Shown: positions 56,124 to 64,000 of the stretch, one piece after another
Numbering within the stretch: position 1 is the first letter of the stretch
Layout of the letters: each line of letters begins with the position of its first letter
Origin: an uncultured Candidatus Saccharibacteria bacterium
GTDB lineage: Bacteria > Patescibacteriota > Minisyncoccia > Portnoybacterales > UBA2143
Assembly (NCBI GenBank): GCA_964596615.1
Contig: CAZQUN010000002.1
Span: 11,332-75,331, forward strand
DNA length: 64,000 nt
Direction of reading: 5' to 3'
Position numbers and translations under genes: made by a program
The notes under the pieces: model-generated
Databases searched by the model: none
Told to the model about the DNA's origin: nothing
Seen by the model: only the letters and a program-made list of their open reading frames with translations

Positions 56124-57202
56124 TATTGAGAATCTTTTAATGCCAGAGCCATCTTATGTTTCTCTGGTGAAAAGGACAGAATCTTGAATTCATGCAACTG
56201 GCCAAGTTCAAGGATGTTTTCCTGTTCGGAGAACTCAGTTGGATGAACCAGGCCATGAATACCTTTGCAGACTTCAATAAAGGCGCCGGAAGAAGATATT
56301 TTAGTCACCTTGCCTTCAACTGTCTGGCCGGCCTGATATTTTTTTTCAATGCCCTGCCAAGGATCATCCTTCAGGGCTTTGAGAGAAAGAGTAATTTGAC
56401 CATCGTTAATACCAATAATCTGGCATTTAACTTTTTCGTTTTCGGAAAGGACCTGATTAGGGTGATCAATTATCTGCCAGTCAAGTTCAGAAATATGAGC
56501 CAGTCCTTCCAGATTTTCGTCAAACCTGATGAAAGCGCCAAAATCGGTCAGGGCGGTAACAACACCCTCAACAACTTCTCCTTCCTTGTGTTTTTCCAGA
56601 TTTTGTTTTAATTCTTTTTCCTGGGCAGCTTTTTCCGAAACAATCAGTTTTTCATTTTTCTTATCAAGGGTAATAATTTTAACCTGCAATTCTTTGCCAA
56701 TAAAGCCATTAAGATGCTTTAGGATTTTGTTCTTATCGCCGCCTTCTACCCGGGGATAATTTTGGGGAGAAAGTTGGGAAACAGGCAGGAAACCAATAAT
56801 GCCGGAGAATTCAATAACCAGGCCGCCCCGGTTGGCTTCAGTTATCCGAACGGCAATAGTCCTGTTTTCCTCCCTTATATCCTTCAAATCAGTCCAGGTT
56901 TTTTTAAGAGTAGCTTCTTTTAAGGAAAGTTCAATATGGCCGTCTTCATTTTCTGGACTGACGACCATGGCTGATATTTTCTGGCCAATTTTTAATTCTT
57001 TGATAATTCGTTTATTCTCTTTCAATTCCCCGCCGTAGACAATTCCTGTTCCAATGACGCCTAAATCAACAATCAGCTCGTTTTTGCTGATTTTGATTAC
57101 TATTCCTTCAATTAGTTCGCCGGTCTGGGGCAAAGAAAGGGATTCTTTCTCTTTAGCCAGCAAATCCTTCATTTTACTTGTATTTTTATCTGTCATGTTC
57201 AA
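56123..57202 (-). CDS. rpsA: 30S ribosomal protein S1-like (four S1 domains)
   Basis: Repeated S1 domains (NRGGL, GFLP.SQL, FGAF, GLAHISEL). Confidence 0.88.
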   Translation of the reverse strand: MNMTDKNTSKMKDLLAKEKESLSLPQTGELIEGIVIKISKNELIVDLGVIGTGIVYGGELKENKRIIKELKIGQKISAMVVSPENEDGHIELSLKEATLKKTWTDLKDIREENRTIAVRITEANRGGLVIEFSGIIGFLPVSQLSPQNYPRVEGGDKNKILKHLNGFIGKELQVKIITLDKKNEKLIVSEKAAQEKELKQNLEKHKEGEVVEGVVTALTDFGAFIRFDENLEGLAHISELDWQIIDHPNQVLSENEKVKCQIIGINDGQITLSLKALKDDPWQGIEKKYQAGQTVEGKVTKISSSGAFIEVCKGIHGLVHPTEFSEQENILELGQLHEFKILSFSPEKHKMALALKDSQ

Positions 57203-57263
57203 AAGTATATCCTAATATTTCCGTCTTGGCAAGGGGTAGAAAACATGATAGAATAGAATCAAT

Positions 57264-57908
57264 ATGACGATTAACTGGTATGGCCATTCTTGTTTTAAGA
57301 TTACTAATCAAGGGGGCCATTTAACTATTATCACCGATCCTTTTGATAAAAAGGTCGGGCTTAATCCGCCCCGGGGCAATGCTGATATTGTCACTGTTTC
57401 TCATGATCATTTCGACCACAACAATGTTAAGGCCGTTGGTGGCGATCCCTTCATTATCAACAGCCCGGGTGAGTACGAAACCAAGGGCATAACCATCAAT
57501 GGTATTTCAAGTTTTCATGATGGAAAAAAAGGCGAAGAAAGGGGAACTAGCACAATTTACTGCATAGAAATGGATGGAATCCGGATTTGCCATATGGGTG
57601 ATTTTGGCCAGGAAAGATTAAGTGATAATCAATTAGAAGCTCTTGGTCAGGTTGGTATTTTAATAATTCCGGTTGGCGGGAATTACACAATTAACGGTTC
57701 CCAGGCGGCTAAAATCGCCAATCAGATTGAACCAGGCATCATCGTTCCGATGCATTACAAAATTCCCGGTTTAACGGTTGATATCAATGACCCAAAGGAA
57801 TTCCTAAAGGAAATGGGAGCAAATGGAATCAAGCCGGTTGATAAATTAACTTTGAAAAAAAAGGATTTGAGTAATAGGGAAATGGAAGTTATCTTATTCA
57901 AACTCTAA
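57264..57908 (+). CDS. MBL-fold metal-dependent hydrolase
   Basis: WYGHSCF, SHDHFDH, HMGD, PMHY motifs. Confidence 0.9.
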   Translation: MTINWYGHSCFKITNQGGHLTIITDPFDKKVGLNPPRGNADIVTVSHDHFDHNNVKAVGGDPFIINSPGEYETKGITINGISSFHDGKKGEERGTSTIYCIEMDGIRICHMGDFGQERLSDNQLEALGQVGILIIPVGGNYTINGSQAAKIANQIEPGIIVPMHYKIPGLTVDINDPKEFLKEMGANGIKPVDKLTLKKKDLSNREMEVILFKL

Positions 57909-58258
57909 TGTCATTAATTAGTTTTATTGAAAAAATTCAAAAAAAGCCTCGTTATATCCGTATCCAGATTCTTTGGCTGGCTGTTTTTATCTCGATGTTT
58001 TTCATTATCTCCTTCTGGGTAGCTTCTCTTAAGCAATCTTTTCCGACGACTATTGTTGAAAAAGAGGAACCCCTCAAAGAATTAAAAGAAAATGTTCCAA
58101 CCCTAATGGAAACTCTCAAAGCCAGTATTAGCGGTCTTTTCAATGGAGACGAATCAGAGGAATTTCTAAAAGAAGAAAACCAAATTGAAGGCAAAAGAGA
58201 AATAATTAAGGAAAAGCCGGAAGGAATACAACCAGCCAGATTACCTTCAAGTTTTTAA
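57908..58258 (+). CDS. Single-TM hypothetical protein
   Basis: Translationally coupled to the upstream gene. Confidence 0.65.
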   Translation: MSLISFIEKIQKKPRYIRIQILWLAVFISMFFIISFWVASLKQSFPTTIVEKEEPLKELKENVPTLMETLKASISGLFNGDESEEFLKEENQIEGKREIIKEKPEGIQPARLPSSF

Positions 58259-58302
58259 GATAAAAAGGATTTTATCCTAAGTTGTTTTTTGTTTGTTAAA
58301 TT

Positions 58303-60753
58303 ATGCCTGATAAAAAGCAATCAGAGGTTGGATATATTAAAAAACGCTCCATTACTGAGGAAATGAAGGAGTCCTATTTAGACTATGCTATGAGCGTCAT
58401 TATCGCCCGGGCTCTGCCGGATGTCCGCGATGGGTTGAAGCCGGTTCACCGCCGGATTCTTTATGCTATGCATAAAATGGGATTGAGCAGTTCGGCTAAA
58501 TACCGTAAATCAGCCCAGGTTGTTGGAGAGACGCTTGGAAAGTATCATCCCCATGGCGATGTGGCTGTTTACGATGCCATGGCCAGGATGGCTCAGGATT
58601 TTTCCCTCCGTTACCCCTTAGTTAATGGACAGGGTAATTTTGGCTCTATGGACGGCGACAGTCCAGCTGCCCAAAGATACACCGAGGCCAAAATGGCTAA
58701 AGTAGCCGAAGAAATGCTTTCTGATATTGAAAAGGAAACTGTTGATTGGACTGATAACTATGACGGGACAAGACAGGAACCAGTCGTTCTGCCAACCAAG
58801 CTTCCTCAATTGCTTTTGAACGGAACTTTTGGTATTGCCGTTGGTATGGCCAGCAATATCCCGCCCCATAATCTTTCTGAGTTGGTTGATGCAGCCATTT
58901 ATCTAATTGACCATTCAGATGCAACGGTCAAAGATCTTTTTAAGTATGTTAAAGGACCCGATTTTCCAACCGGCGGGGAGATATATGATCGGGCAGGAAT
59001 GATTCAGGCCTACAGCACCGGCAAGGGACCAATTGTCTCCCGGGCTAAGGCAGAAATTACTGAAAAGAAAACCGGTCAATTCCAGATTCTGGTGACTGAA
59101 ACAACCTATGGGACTAATAAGGCGAATTTGGTTTCCAGAATTGCTGAACTGGCCAGGGATAAGAGAATCCAGGGAATCAAAGATATACGCGATGAATCAG
59201 ACAAGGAAGGAACCAGGGTTGCTATTGACCTTAAAAATGATGCCCAGCCCCAAAAGATTCTTAACCGGCTTTTCAAATTGACTGATCTTCAAAAAACATT
59301 TCATTTGAATATGCTTGCTCTGGTCAACGGCATCCAACCCCAGGTTTTATCCTTAAAAGGGGTTCTGGAAGAATACGTCAAGCATCGCCAGAAGGTTGTC
59401 ACCCGCCGGGCAAAATATGATCTAAAACAGGCTAAAGAAAGAGCCCATATTTTGGAAGGATTGAACAAAGCCCTCAATCATATTGATGCTGTTATTGAAA
59501 CAATCAAGAAATCAGCTGATCGGGAAGTCGCTCGTAAGAATCTGATGAAAAAGTTCAAATTGAGCGACAGACAGGCAACCGCCATTTTAGAGATGCGGCT
59601 TCAAACTCTGGCTGGACTGGAAAGAAAGAAAATTAAAGAAGAACTAGATGAAAAGAAAAAATTAATCAAAGAATTAGAGGCTCTCTTAAAGAGTCCGAAG
59701 AAAATTCTGTCAGTCGTCAAAAAAGAACTCCAGGATTTAAAGAAAAAATACGGCGATGAAAGAAGAACCAAGGTTTTTGTCCGTCCAGTTGGTCAATTAA
59801 CCGATGAAGACCTTGTTCCTCAGGAAGATTGTGTCATTATCTTGACCCGGGGAGGATACATTAAAAGAGTTAATCCTCAGGCCTATCGGGCGCAGAAGAG
59901 AGGCGGCAAAGGAATTATCGGTATTATTCCCCGGGAAGAAGATGCTGTTGGTCATTTCCTTTCCGCAACAACCCATGATGATATTCTCTTCTTTACTGAT
60001 AAGGGCCGGGTCTTTCAATCCAAGGCCTATGAACTTTCAGAAGCCAGCCGGACAGCCCGAGGCCAGGCTATAGTTAATATCCTTCAGCTTGGCGCTCAGG
60101 AAAAAATCACAACCGTCCTCAATGTTTCAAAATCCGATGAAGGCAAATACTTGGTTATGGCAACAGAAAAAGGTATAATTAAAAGAACCAAAATAGAGGA
60201 ATTTAAGAATGTCAGGCGAAGCGGTCTAATTGCCATTGGATTAGGCAAAGACGATAGTTTAGGATGGACAAATCTAACTTCCGGCCGTGATGAGATTATG
60301 TTGATAACGGCAAAGGGCCAGAGCATTCGATTCAAAGAAACTGACACCCGGCCAATGGGCCGAACTGCAGCCGGAGTTAAGGGAATTGGTCTGAGAGAAA
60401 ATGATAAACTGGTTGGTATGGATGTTATTGAAAAGAAATCAGATCAAAAAGGTCTTAAGCTCCTGGTTATCACAGAAAATGGTTTTGGTAAAAAGACTGA
60501 TTTAAAACATTACAAAATTCAGAAAAGAGGCGGCCTCGGCATTAAAACAGCTAAAGTGACTGACAAGACCGGCGATATTGTTGTTAGCAGAATTGTTTCA
60601 GGCGAACAGGAAGACCTGATTGCTATTTCTCAAAAAGGTCAGGTTATCAGAACAAAAATCAAAGATATTTCGTCTTTGGGTCGTTCAACCCAGGGGGTTA
60701 AAGTTATGAAAGTCAATCGGGGAGACAAGGTTGCTTCCCTGGCCTGTATCTAA
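58303..60753 (+). CDS. gyrA: DNA gyrase subunit A
   Basis: [22 protein letters not shown], GyrA-box QKRGGKG. Confidence 0.98.
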   Translation: MPDKKQSEVGYIKKRSITEEMKESYLDYAMSVIIARALPDVRDGLKPVHRRILYAMHKMGLSSSAKYRKSAQVVGETLGKYHPHGDVAVYDAMARMAQDFSLRYPLVNGQGNFGSMDGDSPAAQRYTEAKMAKVAEEMLSDIEKETVDWTDNYDGTRQEPVVLPTKLPQLLLNGTFGIAVGMASNIPPHNLSELVDAAIYLIDHSDATVKDLFKYVKGPDFPTGGEIYDRAGMIQAYSTGKGPIVSRAKAEITEKKTGQFQILVTETTYGTNKANLVSRIAELARDKRIQGIKDIRDESDKEGTRVAIDLKNDAQPQKILNRLFKLTDLQKTFHLNMLALVNGIQPQVLSLKGVLEEYVKHRQKVVTRRAKYDLKQAKERAHILEGLNKALNHIDAVIETIKKSADREVARKNLMKKFKLSDRQATAILEMRLQTLAGLERKKIKEELDEKKKLIKELEALLKSPKKILSVVKKELQDLKKKYGDERRTKVFVRPVGQLTDEDLVPQEDCVIILTRGGYIKRVNPQAYRAQKRGGKGIIGIIPREEDAVGHFLSATTHDDILFFTDKGRVFQSKAYELSEASRTARGQAIVNILQLGAQEKITTVLNVSKSDEGKYLVMATEKGIIKRTKIEEFKNVRRSGLIAIGLGKDDSLGWTNLTSGRDEIMLITAKGQSIRFKETDTRPMGRTAAGVKGIGLRENDKLVGMDVIEKKSDQKGLKLLVITENGFGKKTDLKHYKIQKRGGLGIKTAKVTDKTGDIVVSRIVSGEQEDLIAISQKGQVIRTKIKDISSLGRSTQGVKVMKVNRGDKVASLACI

Positions 60754-60791
60754 TTTTAAATATTTGCTAGAATTGAATAAAAGATAACTTC

Positions 60792-61322
60792 ATGGAAAAA
60801 GAGGGGTTTTCCACTCCGGATAAAATATTGGCCCAACTTGACATCCGTGACCAAATGGAGGTGGCTGATTTTGGCTGTGGTCACGGCTATTTTAGTATCC
60901 CTCTGGCTAAAATGATTCCGAACGGAAACATTTATGCAATTGATGTTGTTAATGATACCCTTGAGGCTGTTAAGAGCAAATCCGAACTGGAAAGAATTGA
61001 GAATATTAAAATAGTTCATGCCAATCTTGAAATTCCAGGCAGTTCAAAATTAAAGGCCAATTCGGTTGATATAGTCTTGCTGAGAAATATCTTGTATCAA
61101 TCAGAAAAGAAAGAGGAGATTATAAGGGAAGCTAATCGGACATTAAAAGAAAACGGCAGAATGGTTTTAGTTGAATGGAAGATTGATTCGCCCTTGGCGC
61201 CCAAAGAGGGCTATTTACTTTCTAAAGAAGAAGCTCATCAATTAATCAACCAGGAAAAACTGATTTTAGAAAAAGAACTAGAATTAGATAATCATCATTA
61301 TGGCTTGGTTTTTAAGAAATAA
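60792..61322 (+). CDS. Class I SAM-dependent methyltransferase
   Basis: VADFGCGHG motif. Confidence 0.88.
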   Translation: MEKEGFSTPDKILAQLDIRDQMEVADFGCGHGYFSIPLAKMIPNGNIYAIDVVNDTLEAVKSKSELERIENIKIVHANLEIPGSSKLKANSVDIVLLRNILYQSEKKEEIIREANRTLKENGRMVLVEWKIDSPLAPKEGYLLSKEEAHQLINQEKLILEKELELDNHHYGLVFKK

Positions 61323-62601
61323 ATCGAATATTTTCTATTCCCTGTTTCTTCCTGTTTTTGTTTTTGGTTTGGCTGCTGCCCTGCCGGGCTGTAAAGAACC
61401 CATTAAAGAGGTTAATTTAGAGTTTTGGGGAGTTTATGATGATTCTGATATCTGGCGGTCTTTAATAGAGGATTTTAACGAAGAATTTCCCAGGACTAAA
61501 ATCAATTATTACAAAAAAACCTATTCTAGTTATGAAAAAGACCTTTTAGAAGCCATGGCTACTGGTCGAGGACCAGATATTTTTATGCTTCATAATACCT
61601 GGCTGCCAAAATATGAGGATAAGATTGTTGCTGCTCCGACCGACTTGATCACTTTTCGCGATGTTCAGGATGATTTTGTTGATGTTGTTATCGATGATTT
61701 TACATCAGATGGTTTAATTACAGCGCTTCCTTTGAGTATTGACACTCTCGCCCTTTATTACAACAAAGATATTTTTCAGACTCTGGGTATTCCCCAACCG
61801 CCTCCGACCTGGGAAAAGTTTTTGGAAGATATTGAAAAAATTACCCAAAGAGATGAAAGGGGGAATATTGTCAGGGCTGGAGCAGCCCTGGGTACAGCCA
61901 GAAATATTAATCGTTCGACCGACATCCTTTCCCTTTTAATGCTTCAATCAGGGGTTAAGATGGTTAGTGATAGCAAGACGGAAGCGACTTTTGACGATGC
62001 GGTTATTCTAAAAGGGGAAAGGTATGATGCGGGAGAGAGGGCATTGGAGTTCTATACTGACTTTGCCAGTCCATTAAAATCAGCCTATACCTGGAACAAT
62101 CGGATGCATTACTCCCTTGATGCTTTTTATGAAGGAAAAGTAGCAATGATGTTTAATTATTCTTATCATATCCCAACTATCCGGGCTAAAGCCCCCTACT
62201 TAAATTTCGGCGTTGCTTCCATGCCTCAGATTGAAACTGCAACCAATGATGTTAATTACGCCAATTACTGGGGATTAACTGTTTCTCGTAATTCCGAAGA
62301 ATCCCAAGGGGCTTGGCAGTTCATTACTTGGCTGGCTAAAAAGGAAAACTCCCAGAAATATTTAGAATTGGCTGGGAAACCGGCTGCTCGCCGAGATTTA
62401 GTCCTTTCGCAAGAAAACGACCCTGATTTGGGAGTTTATGCCCAGCAAGCCCTAACTGCTTACTCTTGGTACCAGGTGGATAACTTGGCTATTGAGCAGT
62501 ATTTGGCAGATATGATAGAATCAATAGTAATAGGCGAGTCAACCCTAGAAGAAGCAATTAACAAAGCCGCTAACCAAATATCGCTTTTAATGAAGCAATG
62601 A
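61300..62601 (+). CDS. Extracellular solute-binding lipoprotein (family 1-like)
   Basis: LPGC lipobox; GPDIF, LYYNKD, P.TW, F..GK.AM motifs. Confidence 0.88.
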   Translation: MAWFLRNKSNIFYSLFLPVFVFGLAAALPGCKEPIKEVNLEFWGVYDDSDIWRSLIEDFNEEFPRTKINYYKKTYSSYEKDLLEAMATGRGPDIFMLHNTWLPKYEDKIVAAPTDLITFRDVQDDFVDVVIDDFTSDGLITALPLSIDTLALYYNKDIFQTLGIPQPPPTWEKFLEDIEKITQRDERGNIVRAGAALGTARNINRSTDILSLLMLQSGVKMVSDSKTEATFDDAVILKGERYDAGERALEFYTDFASPLKSAYTWNNRMHYSLDAFYEGKVAMMFNYSYHIPTIRAKAPYLNFGVASMPQIETATNDVNYANYWGLTVSRNSEESQGAWQFITWLAKKENSQKYLELAGKPAARRDLVLSQENDPDLGVYAQQALTAYSWYQVDNLAIEQYLADMIESIVIGESTLEEAINKAANQISLLMKQ

Positions 62602-63062
62602 AAAAGTACAGAAAAATTCTATTAGGTTCTTTGATTTTAATTGGATTATTCAGTTTTAGTTCAGTTGATGCGATTGGTTTGGAAGGACCAATTGTCCCTT
62701 GCGGCCTTCATGAAGATATTGCTACGACAACTAATTGGGATGAATCCAAAGAATGCACGGTTTGCGACCTTTGGAAGCTGGTTAGCAATATTATTACTTT
62801 CATTAGTTTTGATTTAACTGTTCCAGTCGGCGCCTTCCTCTTTATTGTTGCTGGTGTCCTTTTTCTCACTTCTGGCGGCAATGAAAAAAGATTAGGCTTA
62901 GCCAGAAGTATTTTTACCAATACAGTTATTGGTATTCTCATTATCTTCGTCAGCTGGCTTTTAATTGACAGTTTAATTAAAACAACGGTTTCTAAGAATT
63001 TTGAGACAACAGGAAGCAGGAAAATATATTATTCCTGGAATGAATTTCCTGCCTGTCCATAA
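62598..63062 (+). CDS. VirB2/TrbC-like pilin
   Basis: Signal peptide; IVPCG...C..CD; two TM with S.GN..R...A...TN..IG. Confidence 0.75.
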   Translation: MKKYRKILLGSLILIGLFSFSSVDAIGLEGPIVPCGLHEDIATTTNWDESKECTVCDLWKLVSNIITFISFDLTVPVGAFLFIVAGVLFLTSGGNEKRLGLARSIFTNTVIGILIIFVSWLLIDSLIKTTVSKNFETTGSRKIYYSWNEFPACP

Positions 63063-63063
63063 C

Positions 63064-63411
63064 ATGAAGAAAATTTTATTAATCATCTTATTATGTCTCC
63101 CTCTCTTTTTAGGCAGTGCCGGAAGTGTTTTTTCAGCGACAGTTCAGACACCAAATAATTTAAATTTACCCGATATTTCCATAGATGAAGTTTTGGGAAA
63201 TATTTTAAACTTGGTTGCTAAGATTATTGCTTGGGTGGCAGTTTTGGTTATTGTTATCGGCGGGATAATGTGGATGACAGCGGGCGGAGATGAAGAACAA
63301 GTTGCTAGAGCCAGGAAAATGATAATTGCGGCAATAGTTGGCTTGATTATTGTCGGCGCCGCGGCCGGATTAGTTAATTTTATCTTGGATATGGTATTCC
63401 CCGCCTCCTAA
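63064..63411 (+). CDS. VirB2/TrbC-like pilin
   Basis: GGI.WMTAGGDEEQV..A.K.I..A.VGL motif. Confidence 0.8.
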   Translation: MKKILLIILLCLPLFLGSAGSVFSATVQTPNNLNLPDISIDEVLGNILNLVAKIIAWVAVLVIVIGGIMWMTAGGDEEQVARARKMIIAAIVGLIIVGAAAGLVNFILDMVFPAS

Positions 63412-63437
63412 CAATCTCCCGACTTAAAGTAAAAATA

Positions 63438-63860
63438 ATGGAAAAAAATAAATTCTTAAAATTTCTATTGATTGGATTAGTTATCCAGTTCGCTTTGTTT
63501 TGGATATTTCCTCCGTTGGTAATCGGGGTAGAGGGCGCGATAATTCCAACAGCGCATGCAAATAATTCAAATAATTCAAGTAATGCAAATAATTTGAATA
63601 TAGACAATCCGCTCGGAACAGATTCATTTGTTGATCTCTTTGTCGGTATTGCTAATTGGGTAGCAGGGATTGTCGCGACACTGGCAGTTATAGTCATCGT
63701 TTTTGGCGGCATCCAGTATTTACTTTCCGGCGGAAATGAGGAGAAAATTACGCAGGCCAATAAAACTATTCAATGGGCTATTATTGGATTAATTGTTGTT
63801 GTGCTTTCTTGGAGTTTGCTTAAAACAGTCCTCACAATTTTAGGCGTAACTGTTAATTAA
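63438..63860 (+). CDS. VirB2/TrbC-like pilin
   Basis: NPLG; GG.QY..SGGNEEK...A.K.I.WA.IGL motif. Confidence 0.8.
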   Translation: MEKNKFLKFLLIGLVIQFALFWIFPPLVIGVEGAIIPTAHANNSNNSSNANNLNIDNPLGTDSFVDLFVGIANWVAGIVATLAVIVIVFGGIQYLLSGGNEEKITQANKTIQWAIIGLIVVVLSWSLLKTVLTILGVTVN

Positions 63861-63909
63861 AATTATTATAGGTAATAAAATATATTAAAAGGAAAGGGGG
63901 TGAAGATTT

Positions 63910-63999
63910 GTGAGAAAAATATTATCAGCAGGCCTATTATCGCTATTGGTTTTAGCGCTTAGCGCCAGTGTTGCCTTGGCGGGGATAACAAAGCCCGAG
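63910..63999 (+). CDS. Partial secreted protein, probably another pilin-cluster gene
   Basis: GTG start; signal peptide (M)RKILSAGLLSLLVLALSASVALA; runs off the window. Confidence 0.5.
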   Translation, partial: MRKILSAGLLSLLVLALSASVALAGITKPE

Positions 64000-64000
64000 T

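Overview
This is a low-GC bacterial chromosome segment using genetic code 11. Its gene content suggests Patescibacteria/CPR (Parcubacteria-like); this is an inference from the short IF2, separate ComEC and MBL genes, tandem VirB2/TrbC-like pilins and many apparently leaderless genes. Most of the window is housekeeping: dprA, pth, lepB, hisS, rpsU, ybeY, ftsA/ftsZ, nrdJ+cobO, rpmB, infB, murD/murC, rplS, ftsH, S1, gyrA and 13 intact tRNAs. Four things stand out. (1) A 13,362-bp element encoding a large serine recombinase is inserted in the ISGMH motif of comEC, with an ATGCATAT core at 17886 and 31248. The attP can be reconstructed as a 25-bp inverted repeat, and excision would restore a 432-aa ComEC. 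The element carries a satellite-like core (DUF5659-like, replication initiator, terminase small subunit, no capsid), a two-MTase R-M system, a further nuclease and a pseudoknotted RNA-like leader. (2) Degenerate copies of the element's att arm recur between its cargo genes, suggesting a serine-recombinase cassette array. (3) Two small GIY-YIG genes each sit between a hairpin-disrupted tRNA fragment and an intact tRNA of the same isotype that supplies their stop codon. (4) Smaller signals are a tRNA-Ile(UAU), a promoter-bounded ~140-nt structured ncRNA, a leader-peptide attenuator and boxA-like motifs before accessory genes. All calls are by eye; no database searches were run.
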